Shown piece by piece: positions 38,738 to 50,000 of a stretch of 64,000 bases of DNA; position 1 is the first letter of the stretch, and each line of letters starts with the position of its first letter. The notes beneath the pieces were generated by a model, which made no database searches, was not told the DNA's origin, and was given only the letters and a program-made list of their open reading frames with translations. Source of the stretch: Somniosus microcephalus (lineage: Eukaryota); contig CM126209.1 of NCBI GenBank assembly GCA_052327205.1, positions 33,914,001 through 33,978,000 on the forward strand, in the 5' to 3' direction. The translations under genes were made by a program, and so were the position numbers.

Positions 38738-39120
38738 CGGTGGCATAGTGGTTAGCACTGTTGCCTCACAGCGCCAGGGACCCGGGTTCAAATCCGGCCT
38801 CGGGTGACTGTGCAAACTCCACACATTCTCCCCGTGTTTGCGTGGGTTTCCTCTGGGTGCTCCGGTTTCCTCCCACAGTCCAAAGATGTGCGGGTTAGGT
38901 TGATTGGCTATGATAAATTGACCTAGTGTTAGGGGGATTAAATACGTGGGGTTACGGGGATAGGGTGGGATATGTGTTGGTGTTGGTGGTGGGGTTACGG
39001 GGATAGGGTGGGATATGTGTTGGTGTTGGTGTAGGGGTTACAGGGATCGGGTGGGATATGTGTCGGTGCAGGCTCGATGGGCCGAAATGGCCTCTATCTG
39101 CACTGTGGGGTTTCTGTGAT
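38734..39120 (+). mobile_element. HE1/V-SINE family tRNA-derived SINE
   Basis: A box tggcatagtgg, B box ggttcaaatcc, V-domain gtgggtttcctctgggtgctccggtttcctcccacagtccaaagatgtgc, CR1-like tail; three internal copies of ggggttac(g/a)gggat(a/c)gggtgggatatgtgt. Confidence 0.92.
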
Positions 39121-40356
39121 TACTCCACCTCAATTATGATCCCATTCTCACCATGCCATTGACACTGTGCCATGTAATTCGATCTTCAGCTACTACCACA
39201 TTTCACAGATTCAACATCTAGCAAGCATCCAGCGTAAAACCAAGCATCCAGCGTAAAACCAAGCTAAAGCTTGTAGCTATCCAATGTTAACCAACGTTGG
39301 TTAACAAATAGATGGCTATTACTGATTCCAAAAAGACAAGATGGACCAAAATTCCAAAAGCGTTGTTTACACTTCAGATTTTATTCTTGCAGAACAGTAA
39401 CCAAAACCAGCAGTGAATTCACACAGAAATAACAATTCCTGTCACTATCAGGTGGTAATGGGTTAACAGTGTAGACAGAGTTCAAAACTCAGCTGTTGGG
39501 TGTATCTTAAGCAAGCTGATCTTATTTACTTCATATGCATAGTTTTCAAAAGACTTCACTCAGACAAGTCTTGCACTATTAGGGGATTATAGCACCATTT
39601 CATAAAGCACACCAAACTTTTTTTTCTTTAATATAATCTTTCATCCATTGACAGCACCAAGGAGTCTTATGAGATATACTTTTTGTGCTTTTTCATGTTT
39701 GACCAACATACTTTTAACATTTGGGAAATACATTATTAAGTAAAAGCACCTCAAGAGATCTCATCAGAGACCCAAAAAGGAAGTCGAAACATGGGACTGT
39801 CTGACTAGCAAATAACATTCTATCTGTCCAGCTTTAATAGATCAGCTTTACAAGAGTATAGCTATGTTACAGCAAGCTTGATGAGATTTATCTAACTCAA
39901 ATATTTTGGGCATTTACTGTAGACGTAGGCTGCAGCATAGGTCTGCAGTTACCAAATCAATAACTGAGTAATTAAACCAATAATCAGCTCAGCAGAGGCA
40001 ACTTTCCCAACAATCAAGGATTTAACAAGTGTGATGAGGCCCTCAGGAAGAAATCTACAATTTACAACTACACCTCTCAAGAAAGTACCAGTCAGCAAAA
40101 ATGCTTTTCCTTCTTTAAAAAAAAAGCAATCTGAGTGAAGTTTAATCGTTTGAGATCAGCACTCGGACAAAAGCACGAGATCCTGTAGTACGCTGTCAAA
40201 ATAGTTCATTTCTGAAGTACTTATGGTTTCAATAAATTGATGCAAAATAAATCAGTTGTTACGGTAAGCAAATAAAAATCAACAGCTCGAATAGCCAGAG
40301 GGAGAGTAGGTGACTGCAAACAGGAAAATACTGCTAGAGACTGGGGGTGGGAGTGG

Positions 40357-40853
40357 TACAGACTTAGCGAACATAGCCTAGCGATCGAAAAAGGCAGACA
40401 CAGGCAGACCAGGCTGCCAAGAGAGGACAGGATATGCTCTCACTGCAGTCAGGGAGTGGTGGAGACAGAGATGCACTTCCTCACAGCTTGTGGAAAATAT
40501 CAGGGCATCAGGGAGAATTTCTACCAAAAATTCTCACAAATATGCCCTGATTTCAGAAATCTGAATGACAACCAAAAACTCCCATTCCTACTGGGAGAGG
40601 AGAGAAGCTGTATAACACTGGCGGCGCACTATGTTACAGCTTGCCATGAACAGAGGGACAACCAGTAAACTAAGAAAAAAATATATATAAACAATGCGAA
40701 TGTATATTTATACACTCAGGGATATACCTGTTTATACACTGTATGAATAGAACTGCGTTTATGTGCTAAACCATAAATGTATTTTGATGCTTTGGCAACA
40801 TAAGATGTAACTTATCATGCCAATAAAGCGATTTAAATTGTAATTGTAATTGA
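40357..40853 (+). mobile_element. RTEX-like LINE 3' end with 10-bp TSD
   Basis: YRLSEHSLAIEKGRHRQTRLPREDRICSHC...VETEMHFLTAC (C-terminal CCHC finger), AATAAA, (aattgt)n tail, TSD gtgggagtgg at 40347-40356 and 40854-40863. Confidence 0.8.
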
Positions 40854-41055
40854 GTGGGAGTGGGGTGGAGAGCCTCAGGTTTCATTGCCTCAGGGCAGGT
40901 CCAAAAGGCTCCAACATGCCTGTATTTGCTCAACAGCTAGGAAAGAAAGAGCTGCAATCCACTGAAGGCAGCGGCAGGAATTGTGCCTCCATGGTAGTAC
41001 CTCTCCAAAACAAAGTAACATCTCAAGATCAGGCCTGGATTTCATTAATACGATA

Positions 41056-42062
41056 GCAAAATACTGCAGATGCTGGAAATCCGAAATAACAACAGAAATT
41101 GCTGGAAAAACTCAGCAGGTCAGGCAACATCCGTGGAGAGAAATTTGAGTTGACGTTTCGGGTCGAAACCCTTCTTCAAAACTGGAAAGAAAAGAAAATA
41201 GATCGAAGGCAGGGCTGCGATCGAACAAAAGTAAAAGAGACAATAAAAGGTATTCGAAACCAGACGAGATGGTAATAGGCCAGTGGAGACAAAAGACAGC
41301 TGAGATTAGGTGTGACGTGTACTGGCAGGATAGGAGACAGCTGCCAAGTGGGAGAGAGAAACAAAAAGGGGGGGGGGGGGAAGGAAGACCCAAAACAAAG
41401 GGGTGGAAAAAATAAGTCAAAAAGTAATAGGGGCCGAGGTTATGATCTGAAATTGTTGAACTCGATATTTAGTCCGGAAGGCTGCAAAGTGCCTAATCGG
41501 AAGATGAGGTGCTGTTCCTCGAGTTTACATTGAGCTTCCGTGGAACAATACAAGAGGCCAAGGATGGTGAGGTCAGAGTGGGAATGGAGCGGTGAATTAA
41601 AATGACAGGCGACCGGAAGCTCAGGGTCACCCTTACGGACTGAACGGAGGTGTTCCGCAAAGCGGTCACCCAATCTGCGCTTGGTCTCCCCAATGTAGAG
41701 GAGACCGCATCGTGAACAGCGAATACAGTATACTAGACTGCAAGAAGTACAAGTAAATCGCTGTTTCACCTGGAAGGGGTGTTTGGGGCCCTGGACAGTG
41801 GGAAGGGGGGAGGTATAGGGGCAGGCGTTACATCTCCTGCGCTTGCACGGGAAGGTGCCAGGCGAAGGGGAAGGGCTGTTTGGGGTAATAAGAGGAGTGG
41901 ACTAAGGTGTCTCGGAGGGAGCGGTCCCAACGGAATGCTGAAAGGGGAGGTGAGGGGAAGATGTGTTTGGTGGTGGGATCACTTTGGAGGTGGCGGAAAT
42001 GGCGGAGGATGATCTGTTGAATGTGGAGGCTGGTGGGGTGAAAGGTGAGGACAAAGGGAACC
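41056..42062 (-). mobile_element. Penelope-like retroelement 3' part (GIY-YIG endonuclease and 3' UTR)
   Basis: ORF 41440-41769: LVYCIRCSRCGLLYIGETKRRLGDRFAEHLRSV...GTLQPSGLN; typical 3' end with hammerhead motif. Confidence 0.95.
41147..41185 (-). ncRNA. Minimal type-I hammerhead ribozyme motif with C3U core change
   Basis: Minus strand: ccAGTT tTGAAGA a GGGT ttcg ACCC GAAA CGTC AACTc. Confidence 0.75.
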
Positions 42063-42918
42063 TTCCCCCCTTACATCAACATAATGACATGCCATGCGTC
42101 GGCAACTCCCAGTTTCCATGTGCAGAGGGTACAGTAGCTTACAAGACAGGTTAACCAATTCAATACCAATCCTCCTGTGCATTTTGGAACATACACCATA
42201 ATTTCCTGGATAGCTACAAAACAGAGCAGAATAAACTAACACAACATTGAAAGAAATCTTAGCTATCAAAAACTTAGGAAGAGACACCTGCAATTGTCAC
42301 TAGACTGATGTGATATTGTTCTACAAGATGCACTTCAGTGGGGTTTCAAAAAGTATTTGTTATCACAAGACACTCATTTTCCTTCAATCCAACTTTTAAC
42401 AGTGTACTCACACTACAGGGTTAACATCAGCTGAACTTGTGGATGTGATTCAGGTGTCAAGACCCAAAATGACTCCAAAGCAAGAGAGACCGCCTCCTCT
42501 GGAGATTCTCGCTCCTCTTCGTTCCAGTGTCAATTTGGGCCCTGACTCCAGATTCAGGCTGCACTTGCACTATAACCGCTTTGCACTGACACTACTTTAT
42601 AGTGAGAGTGCAGCCCAAAAGTAAATGCTTATTTGGCAAGTATGTGTGTTTTTTTTATATAAACATTCCTGTAAAACATTCACATTTGCCTGGCACTGCT
42701 TTTAAATATCATCGAAATGAGTTCTAACCCTAAACCAGAAATCATTTAAGAAGTCAGGCAGAAGATTTTTCAAGAAATTATGAAGACACCCGTGTTGTGA
42801 AATTGCTCAACAAATCTAACAACACACAGGTGAGATTCGCCCTAAAGAAAACAGAATTCTGCAAAGATGCGCCGAAAGTCACAGCTGCAGTCTTGAATGC
42901 ACTGGCACGATTACTCAC

Positions 42919-43270
42919 CTAACCAATTTTAAAGTAGCATTACTCCACGCACTTTTTTCTTCTTTCATTAAAGGACGATCTTTGCTTTAGTTAAAAGAAT
43001 TGTGTATGTTTAAAAATTAACGGCCTCAAACAGGAAGGTGAATCTTTAATGAAGAACCGAAGGGGGGAGGGGAGGCTCAATAGTCTATCTGTACGTCAGC
43101 CTCAGCAGCCGCCCCCAGCCAAGCCGTCAACTTGAACGTTGAACTTCACAGTAGTGGCTGGCTTTCTCAACAATCCTTTTGATGTTACCTCCAAAGCTAG
43201 AGATCAAAGCAGCGGAGTGTGGTGTGGGGAAGTCCCAGGCTCTTAGGCTGCCAGGCTGTGATATATGTAA
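42919..43270 (-). promoter_or_regulatory. Candidate cis-regulatory module / alternative first exon
   Basis: Strong donor TAG|GTGAGTAA at 42919/42918; TCF/LEF motif AGATCAAAG (43201-43209), near-motif CCTTTTGATGT (43175-43185), GCCGCC (43108-43113), kB site GGGACTTCCC (minus, 43227-43236), CRE-like TGACGTA (minus, 43092-43098). Confidence 0.4.
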
Positions 43271-45046
43271 AAACCAAGCCAAAAAGGGAAGGCTTGAAGG
43301 GGGAAGTGTTGAAACAGTCCAGTCTAGTCAGAGACTAAATTAAAGTGGGGGAAAAATTAAACAAATCCTAATATTTTCGCTCTAAAATCAGTTTAGAAGT
43401 AAAAGCAGTAATAATTTTACCTCACTGATTTTAGCTTCCAGACGTGTTTGGCTCTGATAAATATAAACATGTTCTGGTTGGGATTTGCCACCCCTCCCCC
43501 CAATGCATTTGTACATGGGGACGATGTTACTGTACAGCGCAACAAGTGTAAACTTGCAAAGTCTTCTCTCTATAGTCTATAGTCAGTTATACACTCACAC
43601 ATACATATACAAATATACACACACACATACAAATACACACACACGTAAAACTCTTGCAAGAATATTGTGTTAAAATCCAGCTTCAGTTTGTGCCATGCGT
43701 TTGGTTGGGGGGGGGGGGGGGGGGGTGGAAGCAATGGCAACCAAAGTGCAGTTTAGTTTTCCTGAACACCACCAGAATTTTTAAAAGGTCAATTTCCCAC
43801 CATGTTGTCCAATATTCTATATTATTCAAGATTATTTATAAAAGCGTTCCTTGGGATTTTATATTAGGTTAATAAATCTCTCTGTAGTGGTTATTACTTC
43901 TACGGTGAAATTTAAATGGTGTTATTATTTGCCACACCCGGCCTACAATCTAGTTTTAAAAAAAATTTTAAGTACCTGCATTTAACATGGCAAACTTAAT
44001 CTATTTTGGTGGGGGCAGGGGGTGAAAAACAACTGCTTAAAATATGTAAGTGCTGGGATTTTAAGTTATATACATTCAATAGAAAGACTTTCTCCCCTAC
44101 AGATCTCAACATAATGCTTTTTACTGCAGAAAGTGTCAACTTAGATGAAGAAAATGAAGATCAAAGTAAAAAAAAATATGACCTCTCTGGTAGATCAGAC
44201 AGTACCAGAGACAGCGCGAGCTGTGGAAGTCCATCAGGAAAAAAAAATCTCCCTTTTTAAAAAAATTAATGGAGGGAAGAAAATGGTGAACCAAATTCCT
44301 ACACGTTACACTAAACTATCCACTATGAATACCACAAGAATATACAGACACTGTATCTACTCCCATGTGACCAAATCCAACGTGCAGCTGCAGTAAACTC
44401 CCAGCACACCTTCTCCAAATGTTTTGTGTAAACTTCCACAAAGGCCAGGGCAACATATTGCTTCTGGCCAAGATTGTGGCAACACAGCGCAAAGTTAGTA
44501 AGTGTGCAGATACTGCCTTCTAGGAATTTCAAACGATTGCACATTTAACCCTCCCTCTTGGAAAAGGTAAGTACTGAATCAGAATGGCCGAATACTTTCA
44601 ACAAAAAAAAACACTTGCACTTTGTGGAGAGCCAAACCTACTCGGGTGAATTTTAATTGGAATGGAATCTCACATCTAGAGGAAAATGAGTACCATTGCT
44701 TACAGGAAAAACATCAGACCTTTGTAATTATAGATCACCTGATTTTATCCATCCCAGATCAACACTAATGGAATTCCAGAGGGAGGATTAGAAAAACAAA
44801 CCATCACCCAACAGTTTCATTCCCAATCGCTAGCTATCCTGTGACCCCCTGATGGAAGTGCATGTGTGTAACCATCAGAGAAGGATAGGGTAAAACCGTG
44901 ACCCCCACCCCCCCCCCCCCCCCCCCCCGCCTTGCAGTTGCATAGCCTACCAACGTTCACTGTCCAGGCTCTCACAATGAAGAGCCACCTGCCCAAGATA
45001 CCAGAGGAGGATGGGTACCCAGGAACTGTACAAGGGCACGAAGCAG

Positions 45047-45337
45047 CATCTGGGAGACGCTACAGATGCATTCGCACCCGAACGACCAGATTTGGGAACA
45101 GCTTCTTTCCCAGGGCTGTCATCCTACTGAACTCCACAAATAAACTCTAAAGCCTGCACATCTGCCAATGCACTTTATTATGGTTATGTTTATGTATTAC
45201 AAGCCAAATGAATGTTGAATGTTTAAATGTCTTAATCTAAATGTACACTCTCGGGAGCCGCAAGCCTACATTTCGTTGTACTGCACTTGTGCACTAACAA
45301 TGACAATAAAGTTGATTATGATTATTATTATGATTGA
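45047..45337 (+). mobile_element. Rex1/Babar LINE 3' end
   Basis: SGRRYRCIRTRTTRFGNSFFPRAVILLN* then tgacaataaag and (gattat)n tail. Confidence 0.85.
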
Positions 45338-46863
45338 GGGAGGAGAAATATAAAAACTGTTTTATACAATCCACATCAGTGAAATGGCACAGCCTGCTAC
45401 TAAGAACGGGACAGCACCTCTCAGTCTGCTCCGCTTGCACAGAGTCAATCAGCAAGTTTGGATTACTCCGAGAGCCAGTGCTTTTCAAGAAGTTGCAAGA
45501 CTGATCCAAACCAGCATGTAACAATAACAACATGCCCAAAGCTGGGCTTCAAACGGCCCTTTAAAAAAATAATTGTAGCATAAGTGTACAGAGAGCCTAA
45601 GAGATTAGAATAGAAAATGATTGCTCAGGACATTAGTACAAAACAATCAGCATGTGTTGTGTAAATAGCATTCTTGGAAATATGGCATACCAGACCACAG
45701 TGTCCTGGTTTCTATTCCTAGCACAGAGGTGGCCTCACTATTCAATATATTTTCCTTCGAGCACCGTTATTACAATCTCAGGACTATCTCCTCTTGTTTT
45801 ACATAACCTAGGGGAGTACTGTTCCTGATATGGCCATGGGGACATTAGCAGCCTACTCTTCTTTGCATGCAGCCCTAGGCAGAATTTCAAGGGCATGTGC
45901 ATCTTGGCCTCTAACTTTGGAAATCCTGACCAGGCTGAGGTTCAGAGTTGTTCCTTCTCCTTTTTTCTTGCTCTCCACAAAAGGCGGCAAGAGAATTCCA
46001 TTCATAGGCAAGGTTATCTCAGCATCCACTTAACAGGGAAAAGACCCGATTAAAATTGAACTATTGGTCCCATTTCTCTTCCTCTTTCTCTTTCTCTTCC
46101 CCTTTCTCTGGGGAAGTTGTCTACCCCCATTCCTCACCCCCACTGTGGTAGCATGATTGAAATTAGGAGCTCAATGTATGTGGAAATCACAGGCACAGAC
46201 CCACATCCCATCATTCCTTGGTGTAGTGTGTTGCAGCATTCCCAAAGAGTGGCCTTCAAGGAAGGCTTCGTTTGGGATCAATGAAACGTTAGTAACACTG
46301 ATCGGGGATAGTATTCTACAGTCTGTAAAAGCTAAAACTTTAATTTTATTCCCCCATAAATACACGATTACCTAGTTGTGGAGTTTAAGCTGTTTGGCTG
46401 ATGAATTGGCTCAATGAACAATGAAATACTGTCTGCTGACAGAACGGCTCCAATCACCAAAGGTCAAATGCATTGTGTTGGCCACTAAAAGGGGAGAAGA
46501 TGACAATAAAATCACCCAGCAACTTCAAAACCCAGATATTAATGTGGTGAGAAATGGGAAGTAATTAAAAAAAACTTTGAAAAGCTGAATCAAAAGAATA
46601 AAGTAATAATTTTGAAATCTAAGTGCATTTTAATATCAGAATGTAATAAGTGTATTTTTTAAAGAACATTCAATTTATTTTTATATACATTCAGCGGTTT
46701 TAACATAGGCTGGTAACATTTCCATTAAAAAGTGCAGTTCCAATAAATGCTGACTAAAGGGCTGCACTCACTCCAAATAAACCAGTAAAAAGAGAAAAAA
46801 AAGCAAAAAGGTGATCCGCTCCATGCCAGGGCTTAACTCAGTGTCCCCCATCACGGCTACATC

Positions 46864-47010
46864 CTGGCTAGGCATAGTGGTTCCCGGCACAGCTCTGTGC
46901 CTGAAAGGGCCTAGTGTTTCCAGTGCAGCTCTACTTCTGGACGGGCCTAGTTTTTCTCAGCACAGCCCCATCCCTGGAAGGGTGTGGTGTCCTAGGAGCA
47001 CAGTTCCACA
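46864..47010. repeat. Degenerate tandem repeat, about 4 units of 36-38 bp
   Basis: ctgg...gggcctagt...cagcacagct-like unit recurring four times. Confidence 0.6.
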
Positions 47011-50000
47011 CTTCCAACCCCAGGAGGTTGTTAATTACCAGCTGCCCACCTGTAGTCTTCGCACTGATGTGCAAAACTAGTTATCTTTTAAGAAAAATGC
47101 CAATCAGAACCAAGATAGATATTTAAAAACAGCAGGTGATGATCAAAGATTGGATCACAGGTGGCCAATTCAGTGGTTTCAAATTTGAATATTCATGAAT
47201 AGCTCTGCAGGATTTTGTACTACCTAACTAGCCATTACTCCAGATATCTATATCTACAAGTTATTAAAATCTCTAGAAATCAAGCTACCGTATCACTCAT
47301 ATATTCAATTACCAAAGTGGAAGGAAATGTAAAGAGAGAATTATTTTTTAAAAAGTCACTGAGCTTTTAAGAAAATACACAGTACAAGTTCGAGGAGCCT
47401 CAAGCCTTCATTTCCCCCAACTAATTTCCCTCTTCGTCTGACCAATACTCTGCCCTTTCCAATTCCTACAGAATTATATACTGGCTTCTTTTTGCTCAGG
47501 CATATGGTCTGGCCTTCCTAGAATGCATTTAAAAGTTACATCCCATATCACTGCTATTGCTGTCACAGGCTATCCCAAAGGATTTGTAGCCTGTAATTTG
47601 TCTTGTACCAATAACCCAATTAGTGCAGCTGATTAATTTGAAGGCAAATGGCTTTATGTTCTCCTGAAGGTCTACTTGCCGAGTCTCTACAAAAAGATTT
47701 CTCCTCCCAAATAGAAGGCTCTACCCATCTCCCCACACTACAGGTCCTGGCCATTATTAGGTGAAAGGTTCATTACAAAGGAAGGCCTTCCGTCTTTTCC
47801 ATGGCACAAGTCCACTCAAACTTTCGCTCCTTATAGCATCAAAAGATTAAGAGCAAAAAATGCTGTTCTAGGAGCGTAGTAAAAAAGGCACGCGGCTGAA
47901 GTTGTAAACTTCATAAGCAGATCACCCCCAAAACAAAAATCATAAAAATTCATTTGTTTTCTACAAGTCAGGTGTACTGCATTGTCACCGAATTGCAGAT
48001 ACATGCAAAACAGAGCTCTCATTTCAAATTGAGCCTCCTATTTGAAAATGTCTGATCCGGATACTAATTAACAGGCATAAAGGGAACCGGAATTCACATT
48101 CAAAATACTTAATACTTGAATTTTTAATAATTCTTGATCAACCGAAAGAGAAATCAGAAAGTCAACAGCAAATGTTGATTGGCTACTAAAAAAGTGTGAA
48201 GAAATGGACTAAGAAAAACATTAGCTCTGGAACCAAAGTACTAACCTAATTTCCTGTTAGTCTGCCTGTCTGACAGCCATTTTCATTAGCACAAAGCCAG
48301 TATTTAGTACAGGAGATTTAGGATTTCTGGTCGCCTAACTAGAAGTTTCTGGCTGTTAAAACTGACAGATTAATTTATCAAAATAACCTTTATTCAAAAT
48401 TTTGATTAAACAAACAACAGACTGGGTACCTGAACTTAAACAGCCTCTTACTCTTTCTTTGGAATGAAATTATATATTTAAGTAAGCCGAATTTAGAATT
48501 AAATTAAAAACACACACATGCCAGACATATCCTTTAGTAATGCATCAACATTAATATACCTTCCTGTGCTACATGGCTGAACAAAGTTTCACAGAATTTG
48601 ACAATCACAACTGAATCTCCTGTTCAAGAGACTAGAGTCTGTTTTGTTTCTCCAAATCGACAAGTTGGACCTCGTCAGTGCAGTTTGGTAGCAACCTCAC
48701 GCTACTGACATGTTAGGAGGGGGCTCATTGGAGCTTTACTTTGAAAGAGCTTAATTGATCTTTTTGATAGACTTGAAATAAATCAAACCAGATTGATACA
48801 CATGAGAACGCAACCTAATCCCACAGTCAGATCCATGTGAACACAAACCAAAACAGCTGTTAATTTGGGCTTTATAACATAAAGCATGAGAAATCCCAAC
48901 TGATGTACAGGAGAGCAGCGCTTTAGGTAATATCTGCAATAATGAATCCACTTGCGAGAATTCACTGTAAACTCACAAGTCAACAAATTTAATGAAAAAA
49001 TGAAAGAACAAAATTAAAAGGTAGACCGCACATTTTTGTCAAGCAAGGTCAAAACTCAAACACAGTCCAACAACCAACAGCAGTTTACTCCTGCCTTGTT
49101 TTAATTGTAAACGTAAAAGTAAGCAACTGACTAGGACCCAGCCATTAAGAGGTTAAGTCTTGGGAATCAATAAAGATTTGGCCATCTCAATTCAGCCAGC
49201 AAGCCTACCACTAGGTGGCTATCAGGATAAATATCTATTCAAAGCCATGCTAGAAGGAATGGTTTCTCAACTCTCATTACTTGAAAGCTAAATCTTGAAA
49301 TGCCAAAGTGCCGCACTAAAGGTCCACGTGCACACATCCTTTAGTTCAGGGCACCGCCACTGTATTGCACTCTTAAAATTAGTAGGTACTAATACACCGT
49401 GCAGCGATTAGAATGATTTTTATCATTCATGATTTAATAATCAGAAAATCAAGGTTTTTAATGAACCACAACTTATGTAGGCTAAAAATCATCCAAATTA
49501 CAGCCAGAGTTTTATTTTGGACTAATGGGGCCTTATAATAGATTTTCTAAGAATGGGATTCCAGGAATTTCAAAGTTGCAAAATTCCCACACAAACTAGT
49601 TTATGATGATGCATTCTTGGAAACAGAGTTATAGACACAAATTATGGTTAGAATATAAATCGAGACGACAGAAAGTGTGGTATTCCTCACAGAAGCCACT
49701 CTCAGTTGAATTCATAGAATCGTCTTCCAACAGAACAAGCAGTATCTCCAGCACTGAGCACTCACTGTTTTCAAACTCACGTTGCCCAGTATGTGCTTCT
49801 AATGACTAGATGGCAAATACCTCTTGGTTTGAATGTGTGCCAGTTAGATCACCAATTACGAAGATTCAATCCCTCTCTGTGATGCTATGATAAAAACAGG
49901 CAACTGGCACAGCAGCACAAAGGGTAAAGACTATTAACTCTTTTATTGCCATTCTAGCTAAAAAGAAAACTGCTATATAAACAACATGTAAAATAAAGCT

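Noticed and set aside
38734-38800. tRNA-like A/B boxes (also near 20070 and 57730)
   Set aside because: They are SINE heads continuing into SINE bodies, not tRNA genes.
37251-38824. 252-aa and 286-aa ORFs as possible domesticated Gypsy genes
   Set aside because: Both are chimeric read-throughs across rearrangement junctions (antisense integrase, antisense SINE) with non-ATG starts.
42930-43100. Minus-strand agaagaaaaaagtgcgtg (RRKKCV) resembling the TCF7L2 C-clamp exon start
   Set aside because: Stops after one more codon, has no acceptor and lies upstream of exon 5, so the order is wrong; treated as coincidence.
44158-44168. Isolated TCF/LEF motifs (also near 3253, 47141, 61558)
   Set aside because: Single short matches are expected by chance in 64 kb without supporting context.
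44690-45046. Probable old SINE-like repeat (similar cases at about 16690-16990 and 21040-21260)
   Set aside because: Looks repeat-derived but I cannot assign family or boundaries from sequence alone.
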